The position numbers and the translations under genes were made by a program. Shown here piece by piece: positions 1 through 12,617 of a DNA stretch of 64,000 bases (its first letter is position 1; each line of letters begins with the position of its first letter). The notes below the pieces were generated by a model. It made no database searches. It was not told the origin of the DNA and was given only the letters and a program-made list of their open reading frames with translations. The DNA is from Macrostomum lignano (lineage: Eukaryota). The stretch lies in the NCBI GenBank assembly GCA_002269645.1, contig NIVC01001731.1, positions 1 to 64,000 on the forward strand, written 5' to 3'.

Positions 1-620
1 AGATGTCTCCAAAGAGGGATTAGATGACGCCGAAGAGGAATTAGATGACGCCGAAGAGGGATTAGATGACGCCGAAGAGGGATTAGATGACGCCGAAGAG
101 GGATTAGATGACGCCGAAGAGGGATTAGATAACGCCGAAGAGGATTAGATAGCGAAGAGGGATTAGATACGCGAAGAGGGATTAAATGATGCCGAAGAGG
201 AATTAGATGACGCCGAAGAGGAATTAGATGACGCCGAAGAGGGATTAGATGACGCCGAAGAGGGATTAGATGACGCCGAAGAGGGATTAGATGACGCCGA
301 AGAGGGATTAGATAACGCCGAAGAGGGATTAGATAACGCCGAAGAGGGATTAGATAGCACTAAAAGAGATGAGATGTCGCCAAAGAGGAATTAGATATCG
401 CCGAAGAGAGATAAGATGACACCGAAGAGGGATTAGATGTCTTCGAAGAGGGATTAGATGTCTTCGAAGAGGGATTAGATGTCTCCAAATAGGAATTAGT
501 TGTCGCCGAAGAGGGATTAGATATCGCCTAAGAGGGATTAGATATCTCCAAAGAGGGATTAGATGTCGCCAAAGATGGATTAGATATCGCCAAAGAGGGA
601 TTAGAAAGCGCCGAAAGAGA
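1..620. repeat. 21-bp minisatellite (GATTAGATGACGCCGAAGAGG)n, degenerating rightwards
   Basis: Unit read directly; the ORFs 163-360 and 350-649 are translations of the repeat. Confidence 0.95.
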
Positions 621-1369
621 TTAGAGGCGCCGCTATATTGGCAATCCATAGCATGAGAGTAGAACTATTCATTCCTCGAGTGCATGCAAAGTGTAAATGG
701 AATTCCCATAAAGTCAGCTTGATCCAATTACAGTCTCCTCTCTGTATCACTATGGCAATTTTTATATGTTTAGACGGAATGTGTAGGCACAGCGCAACGC
801 AACACTGCAAGGTACATTTGAGTCAGTGCAAAGGAGGTGTCACCAATGCATGCAGGTTTATAAAATTGGCAAACAAACAAAACCGAACACAATTGAATCG
901 ACACACACGAACTCAGAATTTGCCCGGAGACCAAACAATTCTTTATATGTTGAATATAGTAAGGCATTGTGGCTCTTCACGCCTCTCTTGGCTTTCAAAC
1001 TCTGTACATCACAGAAGACAGGCAGTTTAGCTCAGCTCAGTGCGCAGTTTCCGTACACAAGGCAGCGCCCTGCAGCTATTTAAGCGATGCTTTGGTTTTT
1101 CATTCATTTAGCAATCTTCCAAGGTTCCATGCAGCCTTGCGTAAGTCGGGCATGAGTCTGGATTCATGGCCTTCATGCAGTTCTTCACGCACCCGCTTGC
1201 TGCGGGGCATTTTGAATTGTAGAAATGCCATCATCAGCTTTATTGATTGAATTTCATTCATATTTTGGCTGTGATTCTATCATAAGGTTTGGCTGGGGTT
1301 TGGGCTAAGCAAATCTTTGCTGATCGCTATATTTGAGCTCTCAAGTCGTATAACCAATCTGTATCTACA

Positions 1370-1940
1370 TCTCACTCATGACTCTCACACCAAATCTTAC
1401 TCCTCCATTTGACTCTCTCACACTGCACTTTGAATCTCTCACACTCTCACTTTGAATCTCTCACACTCTCACTTTGAATCTCTCACACTCTCACTTTGAA
1501 TCTCTCACACTCTCACCTCTCACCCTAAATCTCACACCCTCACTAAATCAATTAACACTCTCACCCTAAATCTACCCCCTCACCCTAAATCTCACAACCT
1601 CACCCTAAATATCACACTCTCACTTTAAATCTCAAAATCTCACCCTGAATCTCACACTATCACCCTAAATCTCACATTCTCAACGTAAATCTCACATTCT
1701 CACCCTAAATCTAACACTCACCCTAAATCTCACATTCTGACCCTAAGTCTCACACTCTCACTTTAACTCTCTCACACTCTCACTTTAAATATCTCACACT
1801 CTCACACTAAATCTCACACTCTCACCCTAAATCTCGCAATCCCACCCTAAATCTCACAATCTCACCCTAAATCTCACACTCATTTTAAATCTCACCCATA
1901 ATATCAATCTATCGCACGCTCAATCTCACTCTCCGACTCT
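1370..1940. repeat. Degenerate CTCTCACACTCTCACCCTAAAT-type tandem repeat
   Basis: Recurring ctctcac/ctaaatctcac units of about 20-22 bp. Confidence 0.85.
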
Positions 1941-2371
1941 CAAATCCCACTCTACTTCTCACTCCCCCAACAAATCTCGCTCTGAATTTCACTCAAATCT
2001 TACCCTACACAGTCATTCTTACTATATTAATCAACATCCTTTCGCCAAACGGCATATTATCAAAGATGTTTTTACCACCAAACGAATGTTCCTAGAAATT
2101 CAATTTGAAAACGAAAATGTGCTAAATAGGGGCCTGCAGTGCGCAAACACAAGCTGATGCTGCAACTATTATTTATAACTCGAATAGCAATGGAAAAGCC
2201 AAAGTTTTTTACCTACACTATAATTATCTAGAAACATGACTCACCTATCTCAGTTAGCACCTTTCACCTGTTCTGTCAGTCAGCTTACTGATATCATTGA
2301 TTCCTTTTGCTTTAACTAACCTTTTTGTAAGTCCCAGTTTTATTAGAAAACAATGCTGCTGCCTCAGGCTT

Positions 2372-3115
2372 TGATTTTAATGGGGGTGAGACTGGGCTGG
2401 GGTGACACTGAAAGAGATGGGTGAGAGTGGGGTGAGAGTGGGGAGAGACTGGGGAGAGACTGGGGGAGAGACTGGGTTGAGAAATGGGGAGAGACTGGGT
2501 TGAGAAATGGGGAGAGACTGGGGTGAGAAATGGGGGAGAGACTGGGGAGAGAATGGGGGAGAGTGGGGGAGAGACTGGGGAGAGACTGGGGTGAGACTGG
2601 GGTGAGACTGGGGAGAGACTGGGGGAGAGACTGGGTTGAGAAATGGGGGAGAGACTGGGGAGAGACTGGGGTGAGACTGGGGTGAGACTGGGGAGAGACT
2701 GGGGGAGAGACTGGGTTGAGAAATGGGGGAGACTGGGGTGAGAAATGAAGGAGAGACTAGGGTGAGAATGGGGGAGAGTGGGGGAGAGACTGGGGAGAGA
2801 CTGGGAAGAGACTGGGAAGAGACTGGGGTGAGACTGGGGGAGAGACTGTGGCAGAGACTGGGGTGAGACTGGGGTGAGACTGGAGAGAAACTTGCGCAGA
2901 GACTGGGGGAGAGACTGGGGGAGAGACTGGGGGAGAGACTGGGGGAGAGACTGGGGGAGAGACTGGGGGAGAGACTGGGAGAGAGACTGGGAGAGGGAGA
3001 GAGACTGGTAGAGACTGGGAGAGACTGGGAGAGACTGGGAGAGAGACTGGGAGAGACTGTGGGACAGACTGGGAGAGACTGTGGGACAGACTGGGAGAGA
3101 CTGGGAGAGACACTG
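2372..3115. repeat. G-rich tandem repeat (GAGACTGGGG/A)n
   Basis: Units of about 10-12 bp read directly; the ORFs 2312-3211 and 2757-3113 are artefacts of it. Confidence 0.95.
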
Positions 3116-3717
3116 GGGACTTATTGGAGGAGAAGGAGGTTGATAAGACCTAGATTTCACTTGCCAAAATGTTGCAAGCATCTTGGGGCCCTCACTGCAT
3201 GTGATCGTCACTCGTCAGCTGCTGTTCATTGCTCAGCGTCAGCATGATGAATGAGTGGGAGTGACGGAACTGAGCAGTCGCATTGAGTGCCATATCCGGC
3301 CACTCAGCGATGGCTGCGGTGAACTCTAAGGGAATCGGCGGCAACTCAGCCTCCGGGTTTGTGTCCAGTGAAAACAAAATTAATTGCTGCTATTCAGCAA
3401 AGCGGCTGCCAAGTGGAGACTGGCATCACACTTTCAGCTTCCCGATGTTGATCTGCGCAACCTGGCAATTTAGGAGACGCGCAAGCGGTTGCACGGAGAC
3501 AACACAGGACTGCAGATGTTAAAAATTTATTAATACTCTTGACTTAGTTGGGTAGTAATGGCGTCATTATTACTCATTTGATTTGCAATATTTTACGAAA
3601 TTTTATACGTACATGCGTTGGCTTCTACTTGCGGTAGTGCAGATAGACATATTTTCGTTTTATTTAAAAGCTTCAATACAATGGCTTTGTTGAGCTAAAT
3701 TTACAGTACACAGTACT

Positions 3718-4850
3718 GAGGAGAAAGAGGGGAGAGGGGAGAGGCGAGAGGAGAAAGGAGAGAGGAGAGAGGAGAGAGGAGAGAGGAGAGAGGAGAGAGG
3801 AGAAAGGAGAGAGGAGAGAGGAAAGAGGAGAGAGGATAGAGAAGAGAGGAGCGAGGAGCGAAGAGAGAGGAGAGAGGAGAGAGGAGAGAGGAGAGAGGAG
3901 AGAGGAGAGAGGAGAGAGGAGAGAGGAGAGAGGAGAGAGGAGAGAGGAGAGAGGAGAGAGGAGAGAGGATAGAGAAGAGAGGAGCGAGGAGCGAAGAGAG
4001 AGGAGAGAGGAGAGAGGAGAGAGGAGAGAGGAGAGAGAGAGGAGAGAGGAGAGAGGAGAGAGGAGAAAGGAGAGAGGAGAGAGGAGAGAGGAGAGAGGAG
4101 AGAGGAGAGATGAGAGAGGAGAGAGGAGAGAGGAGAGAGGATAGGGGAGAGAAGATAGAGAAGAGAGGAGCGAGGAGCGAAGAGAGAGGAGAGAGGAGAA
4201 AGGAGAGAGGAGAGAGGAGAGAGGAGAGAGGAGAGAGGAGAGAGGAGAGAGGAGAGAGGAGAGAGGAGAGAGGATAGGGGAGAGAGGATAGAGAAGAGAG
4301 GAGCGAGGAGCGAAGAGAGAGGAGAGAGGAGAGAGGAGAGAGGAGAGAGGAGAGAAGAGAGAGGAGAGAGGAGAAAGGAGAGAGGAGAGAGAGAAAGGAG
4401 AAGAGAGAGGAGAGAGGAGAGAGGAGAGAGGAGAGAGGAGAGAGGAGAGAGGAGAGAGGAGAGAGGAGAGAGGAGAGAGGAGAGAGGAGAGAGGAGAGAG
4501 GAGAGAGGAGAGAAGAGAGAGGAGAGAGGAGAAAGGAGAGAGGAGAGAGAGAAAGGAGAGAGGAGAGAGGAGAGAGGAGAGAGGAGAGAGGAGAGAGGAG
4601 AGAGGAGAGAGGAGAGAGGAGAGAGGAGAGAGGAGAGAGGAGAGAGGAGAAAGGAGAAAGGAGAAAGGAGAGAGGAGATAGGAGAGAGGAGAAAGGAGAG
4701 AGGAGAAAGGAGAGAGGAGAAAGGAGAGAGGAGAAAGGAGAGAGGATAGAAGAGAGAGAGAGGAGAAAATAGAGATTGGAGAAAATAGAGATTGGAGAAA
4801 ATAGAGATTGGAGAAAATAGAGATTAGAGAAAATAGAGATTGGAGAGAAG
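3718..4850. repeat. Polypurine microsatellite (GAGAG)n
   Basis: About 1.1 kb of almost pure A/G; the ORF 3673-4869 is spurious. Confidence 0.97.
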
Positions 4851-5648
4851 AAGTGAAGGGGTACGCCAATTCGGATTAGAATAGCAAAGAATACAAATCC
4901 TAACTGATTTCAATCAACAGTGCCACATACTACGAAACACCAATTTTAAAAAAACATCTATCTCCGCTTTTTATAGTTTTCCTTGTTATAAACATTTATA
5001 AATTCATACAAGCATTGTGGTACAGCTGATTCGGTTTGATAATTCCACTGAAGTTTGATATACCAGTTTATTAGTTATTTACCATCGGACGGAAATATAG
5101 TACATCAAAAGATAAAAATATGTTTTGTACATTACGACCTTCGTATACTCCTATTGTTCGTATTCTTATTCGAAATATCACTGGCTTCTGTTTAAATAGT
5201 ATAAATGTACAAGCGCATTCGTTAAGAAGGGAAATGTGCGTCTTGAAAAAACGAAGTTCTCCTTATTTTTCGATATAAACATCTAAAATATGAATATTTT
5301 TAGAAATTATAATATTTATAACATTTTGCGCCACCACTAATACGGTGCGAAAACAAAAATAACACTTCACAGGATAAATATAGTTTGAAGAGGACAATAG
5401 TCAGCTGCTCAGCCAATGGAAGGCTTTAGCAGTAGCTGCAACGAGTAGGTATTTAGGTATGTTTACTGTGCAATCTTAGGTAATTCTCTGTACCTCGTAA
5501 ATGTGCATGACTAAGTTCCTAATTACAAGCAATAGTATTGCTGTGGATAATCCGCGGAATTTCCTTTCTGATTTCCTTATATACAAAGTTTCAATACAAA
5601 CCCAACCCCAAAGCAGTTTAGCGCTGTTCAATTCGAAGAAATTTCAGC

Positions 5649-8374
5649 ATGGATTCTAAATTTTACTTTAGTATTCTCAGTTATCTGTTGGCATTGAATC
5701 ATTTCCTATCGGTAAGATTCTGGAGAACTTTGTCACTGTGTCTATCTTACTCAACAATTCTATAATTTCTCACTACACTTTCAACAGGTAGTGCAAGCAG
5801 CCGGCTACCTGCAGATTAAGTTCAACCGGTACACCAATCACGACGGCCGTGTCGAGGACGGCAGTCTCTGCGATCCGTTCGGTGCCACCTATGTTGGCGA
5901 TAATTGCGACCCCGTGTTCCGGCTGAGGGTCAACAAGGGGGGAGGAGGAGGGTGAGTGAGGGTTTTAATCTGCAGTCCATATTTCCTATTGCTGAGATCA
6001 GTTCTGCATGATTACCACGGCCTCATCTCTCTGCAGCGGTAATCTGCACGACTATCAGCAACCGGGCGTCTATGACAACCAAAACGCCATCGACTTTGGA
6101 TCAAAGTTCGGCAGCGTCCCGAATCCTGTGCCGATCGCAATGAACTTCCCTAATCCGGTAAGACTGTACTCATGAGGGAGAGGAGACTGTACTCACGAAC
6201 CGCTCTCGGAGCCCTTGAGTGATTCTTCATTGTGCATCACAATATTCTAATAAACTGTTTGCTACCAAATTTCGCAAACCGCTTTAGGGACAAGCGTACG
6301 TCAAAGTCGATGTAGTGGATAAAGACTCGTTTCCACCAGACGACCCGATGAGCAAATTCACCGCCTCGCTGCCTCTCATTGCCGACAATGTCAGGAGAGA
6401 CATGGAGCTGATCAGTCCAGCTCGACATCACCGACTATCCATAACTCACTGGTTCACCTGCTACACGAATTTCTACAGACAGGATTGCAACACCTATTGT
6501 GTAGCTCAGAACGACGATGTGAATGGTCATTATACCTGCGACTCGAATGGCAGAAGAGTGTGCATGATTGGTAAGACCGTCTGGTGATGGCTTGTTCTAT
6601 TACAGCAAGCAGTAATGCATGACGGAGTCGTTTAATCAGAGACTTGTTTGTAACAAATGAACTGCAGGTTGGACGGGAGCCGACTGCACCCAGCCGGACC
6701 CCTGCATCCCGAGTCCGTGTCTCAACGGAGCCACCTGCTCCAATGTCGGAGGAGTCGCCAGCTGCACCTGTCCGTCGGGCTTCACTGGTAGCCGATGCGA
6801 GACTGATATAGACGAGTGCAAGGCCGTCGACTCGCCCTGTCTGAACAACGCTACGTGTGAGAACACGATTGGCAGTTTCCACTGCAAGTGCTCACTCGGC
6901 TTCACTGGCGACCGCTGTGAGACCGACGTGAACGAGTGCGAGAGCAAGACGTCAGTGTGCCTAAACAACGGCACCTGTGAAAATACGTTCGGCGGCTTCA
7001 ACTGCAGCTGTCCGCCGGGTCTGACTGGGCACCGGTGCGAGCTCGATGTGGACGAGTGTGCAAACGGGACATCAGCTTGTGCGAACGGTGGTACCTGCGT
7101 GAATGTTTTTGGTAATTACACCTGCCAGTGCGACTCCGGATTCACTGGACCACTTTGCGAAGAAGACATCGACGAGTGCGCAGAGTCGCCATGCGTGAAC
7201 GGAGGAACTTGCGAGAATCGATTCGGAAGCTTCGAGTGCATCTGTCCTTCTGGATTTGCTGGAAGAGTGTGTGACAAAGACGAGGACGAGTGCTTGAGGA
7301 GTCCTTGCTCGAATGGCGGTAGCTGTGTGAACACCTTCGGTAACTTTAGTTGTTTGTGTTCGGCAGGATTTACAGGCAGTTTGTGCGATGAAGATATCGA
7401 CGAATGCCTGATGGCACCTTGCTTCAATGAGAGCACCTGCGTGAACACTATCGGAAACTTCACCTGTCAGTGCCCCCCAGGATTCGAAGGTAGACTTTGC
7501 GATGAAGACGTCGACGAATGCTCGAAGTTTCCGCCAAAGTGCCGCAACGGCGGAAACTGCACGAACACGCTTGGGAGCTTCCGTTGTACCTGCCCGACTG
7601 GACTGACCGGACGTCACTGCGAGCAGGACATCGACGAGTGCAAGCTGGCCGCCCCGCCGTGTCGAAACAACGGAAGCTGTCAGAACAGTTTTGGCGGATT
7701 TTCCTGCCGTTGCAGACCAGCGTTTAGAGGCAGACACTGTGAGATTCGCGCTGAGGCCTCGGTTGGGTCAACGACTGGTGAAGTCTGGAAGCTTCCTGTT
7801 TTCATTGGAATTCCAGTTGCAGCACTCGCCGTTGTCTCCATTGTCATCGTCGTTATCTGTAAAAGGAAATCGAGGTAAGAGACGACGAGCTGCAATATCA
7901 ATTTGGCGAATTGAATTCAACATAAATCTAACCCTGAAGAATGCAATTTATAGCCTGACATTAAAACGCCATTCCAGTCGCAGAAGCTGCAGTGGTAGCG
8001 GGAGCGTCAGAAGCACTGATGCTGCAAGCAATGATTATTATAACACTCATGTCGAATTCGGGTAGGTTCAATAATCTGGTAGTTTCCTCTTCATCAAGTA
8101 TGGTGAATAGCAAATATATTGCGCTAAACCATAACTGATCTTCCTTGTTCTTGTCTGCAGCTCGATTGAAGAGCCAACTAAAGAGCCAACTGAAGACCCA
8201 ACTGAAGACCCAACTGAAGACCCAACTGAAGACCCAACTGAAGACCCAACTGAAGACCCAACTGAAGACCCAACTGAAGACCCAACTGAAGACCCAACTG
8301 AAGACGACTACACCATCGCAGACAAAGCGGAGACACTCGAAAATGACTATTCAACTATAACCCTTTACGAGTAG
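5649..8374 (+). CDS. Delta-like protein 1 of cluster: signal peptide, C2/MNNL-like, DSL, 9 EGF, TM, tail with PTED repeats
   Basis: Exons 5649-5711, 5788-5951, 6037-6157, 6288-6570, 6668-7874, about 7978-8061, 8161-8374, all GT-AG and phase-consistent. DSL: [46 protein letters not shown]: [22 protein letters not shown]. Ends DYSTITLYE*. Acceptor of the first tail exon is uncertain. Confidence 0.88.
8178..8303 (+). repeat. 12-bp coding tandem repeat (CCAACTGAAGAC)n encoding PTED in the tail of Delta-like 1
   Basis: About 10 units, in frame with the predicted last exon. Confidence 0.85.
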
Positions 8375-10047
8375 ACTAGTGCCGACTTATATATATCATT
8401 ATGTCCATTTGTCAAGTCTTGATCAGAGATATTAAGGTAACTAGATGTCACCCAGAACTAAAATTGTGAAGAAATTGAGCGTCTGTTTCGTTTTTATGTC
8501 AATTCCTTTTCTTTCCTCGCGGGTTTTAGCCTCAAGATGGGATGCTACCGTACCTTCATCTACCCCTATCTTCATAACCCCTAAAGCACTGGATGTGAGA
8601 TCCCCTGATCTTCACAAGCCCTATATATCATAACCCATAATTTTCACAACCCATAAATTTCATAAACCCGAAAGATCATAACTGCGAAATTCCAGAGCAA
8701 GCATTTTCGTTTCCCCGAATCTTAAATTTTTTTAAATTTCACATTCACTGTAAGTTATGATATTTTTGCTTTGTGATTTTCTGGGTTTTTGAAATTTAGG
8801 GCTTGTACGCCCCCCTCCGGAGCGATTTTAAAATTTTACCATTGCAATAGCAATCGCAATCGACAGATACGAGCGTAGTTATCAGATACCTAAGCTAAAA
8901 AAATGACACCTAAGATGGCACTTTGTCTGTGAGCGTATGAGCTAGGCTGAAGTCTCAATTGCTAGCTAAGTCTCTAACTTCATCAACTTTCTTTAAATTT
9001 TTTTGTTCATAATGCTTCTCGTTTTATCCAGCATGTAAATATTTTTGCTTTGTAATATTCAGATATAAAAATCAGCCTTACCTTCTTCTTTAAGATTTCT
9101 GGGATTTCTGTATGGCTCTGTAAATATATGCTGTTGTTTTTAATGAGTCAAATTGATTTTCCATAAATTTTGGCTTCTCCTAGACACCGGTTTCTACGTA
9201 TTATTAGGTATTTCTACGATGCACTGTGCCGCCATGGTGACACAATGCAGTCAAACAAAATCGACACACATACAGTACCAGTGCATAGTCCTTGGGAATG
9301 TTTCAAGATGCCAAAATCATTGGATGCGGCCAGTCTAGAAGGTAATTTGAATTGGGCACTGGCACCTGAGCTAGTGTCATTAAAGGGGTGCCCAAAGGTC
9401 AGCCTAACCCGAAAGGGTCAGCCAAAATTTCTCTGCAAAGAAACATTCGCATTGCCGAAGAAATCGCATATACCTGGATGATGATGGATGATTAATAAGT
9501 TGAACTCTGTGACAAGTCATCATTATGAGGTTTTGGGACATTGTCTTTAGCTTTAATGTACAGCTAGCTATACATATATTGACAATGTTACCTCGGTATG
9601 CTTTGAGCAAAAGACGAAAGCAGACGATAGAAAGGCAGGTGAGTGTGGACAAGAGTTTCCATCAGAATTAAAAATAGTGCTGCTATTCAAAAAGGCTGAG
9701 GAATCTCTATGATGATTGTAACCAAAAAACAGTGTAAATGTAACGCAAAATGAGAAAATCCGACGCGGGACTTACGCTGCCGAGTTTCTCGTAAACTGCA
9801 AGTTAAGAGTAACTACTCTTTTACTAAGGCAGCGGCCCAAAATATGTGCTTGTGCCGAATTGAGATTGGTAAAAGATTAAAACGGCATCATAATATTTTT
9901 ACTCATAACATTCATTTTTATTCCCATTCAGCCGTCAATAATTCACTTACTCGCATTCTTTTTGCGGTAAAACACAACGGTAGCAATTACAATAACTAGC
10001 GATACTAACGTTATTAAAACTGTGCCTTTGAGGATAGTATTCATCGC

Positions 10048-11285
10048 TCATGCTGATGTCCCGTTTGCACACTCGTCCATATCGAGCTCGCACCGGTGCC
10101 CAGTCAGACCCGGCGGACAGCTGCAGATGAAACCGCCGAACGTATTTTTACAGGTGCCATGGTTGAGACACACTGACGTCTTGCTCTCGCACTCGTTCAC
10201 GTCGGTCTCACAGCGTTCGCCAGTGAAGCCGAGTGAGCACTTGCAGCGGAAACTGCCAATCGTGTTCTCACACGTAGCGTTGTTCAGACAGGGCGAGTCG
10301 ACGGCCTTGCACTCGTCGATATCAGTCTCGCATCGGCTACCAGTGAAGCCCGACGGACAGGTGCAGCTGGCGACTCCTCCGACATTGGAGCAGGTGGCTC
10401 CGTTGAGACACGGACTCGGGATGCAGGGGTCCGGCTGGGTGCAGTCGGCTCCCGTCCAACCTGCAGTTTTTTTATTTCAGGATTTTTTATTATTAAGAGG
10501 CTGTGTACCTTTTTTATTTACGATACCTATTTTACTCACGTGACGTTTATGATCCAAGGAAAGCTACATAGTAACTAATGGTCATTCTGTCACAGAACAT
10601 GTGATTGGTATTTCTTACCATTCATAGATTTTAATTTCTTTCGATTGCTTACCTATCAGGCAAACCTTGGCTCCTCAGGCAAACCTGAGCTGCAGTTGTA
10701 GTGGCCCTTGACTTTGTCATCCTGAGTTACACACAGCGTGTTGCAGTCAAGTCCGTAGTAGTTTGCATTGCAGCTGTACCAGTACTCCAGAGACAGTTTG
10801 TGCTTCGTTGGCCTTCTGACCAATTTGAGTTTTCTCTTGACTTTGTCGGCTCGAGCCACTAGCGCCGCTGAGAAGGAGTCTATCGGATCGTCCGACGTAA
10901 CTGGATCCTTGTCGACCACTGACACCTCAATGTGAATCGATCCCTGCTTAAAATTTAGTATTCATTGCGCGTTCTGTTTCAGGTGCTATCGCGATGAAAA
11001 TTGTAAGTCAGTGATTCAGATCTGGCTCATATTACCCTAGATTCAAGTCTAGAAATAGTTTTCACTGTCTGTTAAATGCTGCTCAGAGAACTCACCCTCC
11101 CGACACGATTCGATTCGATCGGCCACGAGTCGGAACTTCGGGTCGCATTTGTCAAAGTGATCGCAGCGGCTCCCGTCCTGACCCCGGCTGTCATCGTTGA
11201 TGTAGGACAGAAACCGCAGCGTCATGTAGCCGTTGCCATTGGCTACCCCTACGCCAGCTAGCAACAGGAGCAGCGACAGATTCAT
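10048..11285 (-). pseudogene. Delta-like paralogue 2, pseudogene
   Basis: Signal/C2 exon 11285-about 11097, DSL exon 10943-10653, EGF exon 10460-10048. Lesions: GLTYVG deleted, 5-bp duplication at 11107-11116, second C2 exon missing, 11-bp templated insertion at 10676-10686, TGA in EGF4, no TM. Confidence 0.85.
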
Positions 11286-12617
11286 TGTGGAGAATTATTT
11301 TTCGATTACTTTCTATACTAAGAATTTATGCAATTTTTCTTCACTCTCTTGTAGGGAAGTCGATAAAGCTTATTTTTACAGTTTAGGTGTTAATATTGGC
11401 AGATTTTTCTGCTTATCTTTCAAATTTTTCGCTTTTTTATTTTTTTTAAATTTCAACTGTGCTTCGTATTGCTTAAATAGGCACTGAAATTTCGTTTCGT
11501 TTGTAGCCGTTTAAAATTTTCGAAATCATGCCAAATAATTTTCTGCAGACAGCGATACAGCGATATTCAGATTGATCGATAATTTCTACCTTTTTTACTG
11601 CTATTTCTGTAGTTATGAGTTCCAATTTTAGATTTCGTACTAGCAATCAGATGTGCAGGGTGCGTGCATACTCCCCCAATGTATTCATTATGAACCTTTT
11701 TCACGTAAATAAAGTCTAGGGATGCATATATTTATCTTGTTATCTTGTTTCGATTGGTTACGAGCTATTGTTTAAGACCAAAACCAAAAAAATCGTTAGA
11801 ACGTTTGTCAGATGTTCGCACTAAAAATTATTTTCATTTTTGAAAGCTGCTCTTGTTAACTTGCAAGCAGGGGCCACAGAACGGAGTGGCGGCAGCCAAA
11901 GTCTATCACGTCCCGACACATGAAGTCGATTTACCACTGACAAATAGAAAAATCATGGAGAACACAAACTATTTTTAACCATATACTCGTACTTATGATT
12001 GAAGCCTTATGAAAATGAAATCCACAAGTTGAAGGCTTGGAAGGTGAGGCGTTTAAAATATACTGCACGTACTGTGCAAGATTTATTTTCTTGGAAATCT
12101 TTTCAGAGTGAAAAATTTTGCTTAGAAATCTTTCTTTTATTTTTAAAAATGACGGTCAGCATTAAAGACAATTTATAGATTGAGTCAAGATAGTTCGAGG
12201 CGTGAGTGCATCGTAAATGTACTTCGTAAGAGAAAATAACATACCATACACACTCGTAATTAGCTATTTATAAGCCATAGTTTTTAATAATAATGTACAT
12301 TCGGCTATTCCTATTTTTTCATTGTACAGACGTAACATATACAGACTCTACTTTAAGACATCAGCTAAAATAGATGACGAAAACTGCAAACTCGAAATAA
12401 TTGCACTGTCATAGTTGACGCTACTCAACCTATAACTGTCACATTCGGAACAGAAATAGAACTGATGAAAATAACGATAATACAAATAGATAAAATATAA
12501 CGCGTATTTAAATGGAATTTCTTAAATGAAATACTCGACAAGAAGCAGAGTTATTATTTTTCTCTGCTAGAATTATCGTGGCTAATACGAACTACAATTA
12601 ATCAATAGTTCTCCACT

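Noticed and set aside
970-3520. Possible degenerate minus-strand exons between the repeats (970-1250, 2312-2370, 3130-3520)
   Set aside because: Coding-like composition but multiple stops and no recognisable domain.
163-4869. Long low-complexity ORFs (SSASSNP, SLPQ, LLSPLSS)
   Set aside because: They are translations of tandem repeats with no splice or domain support.
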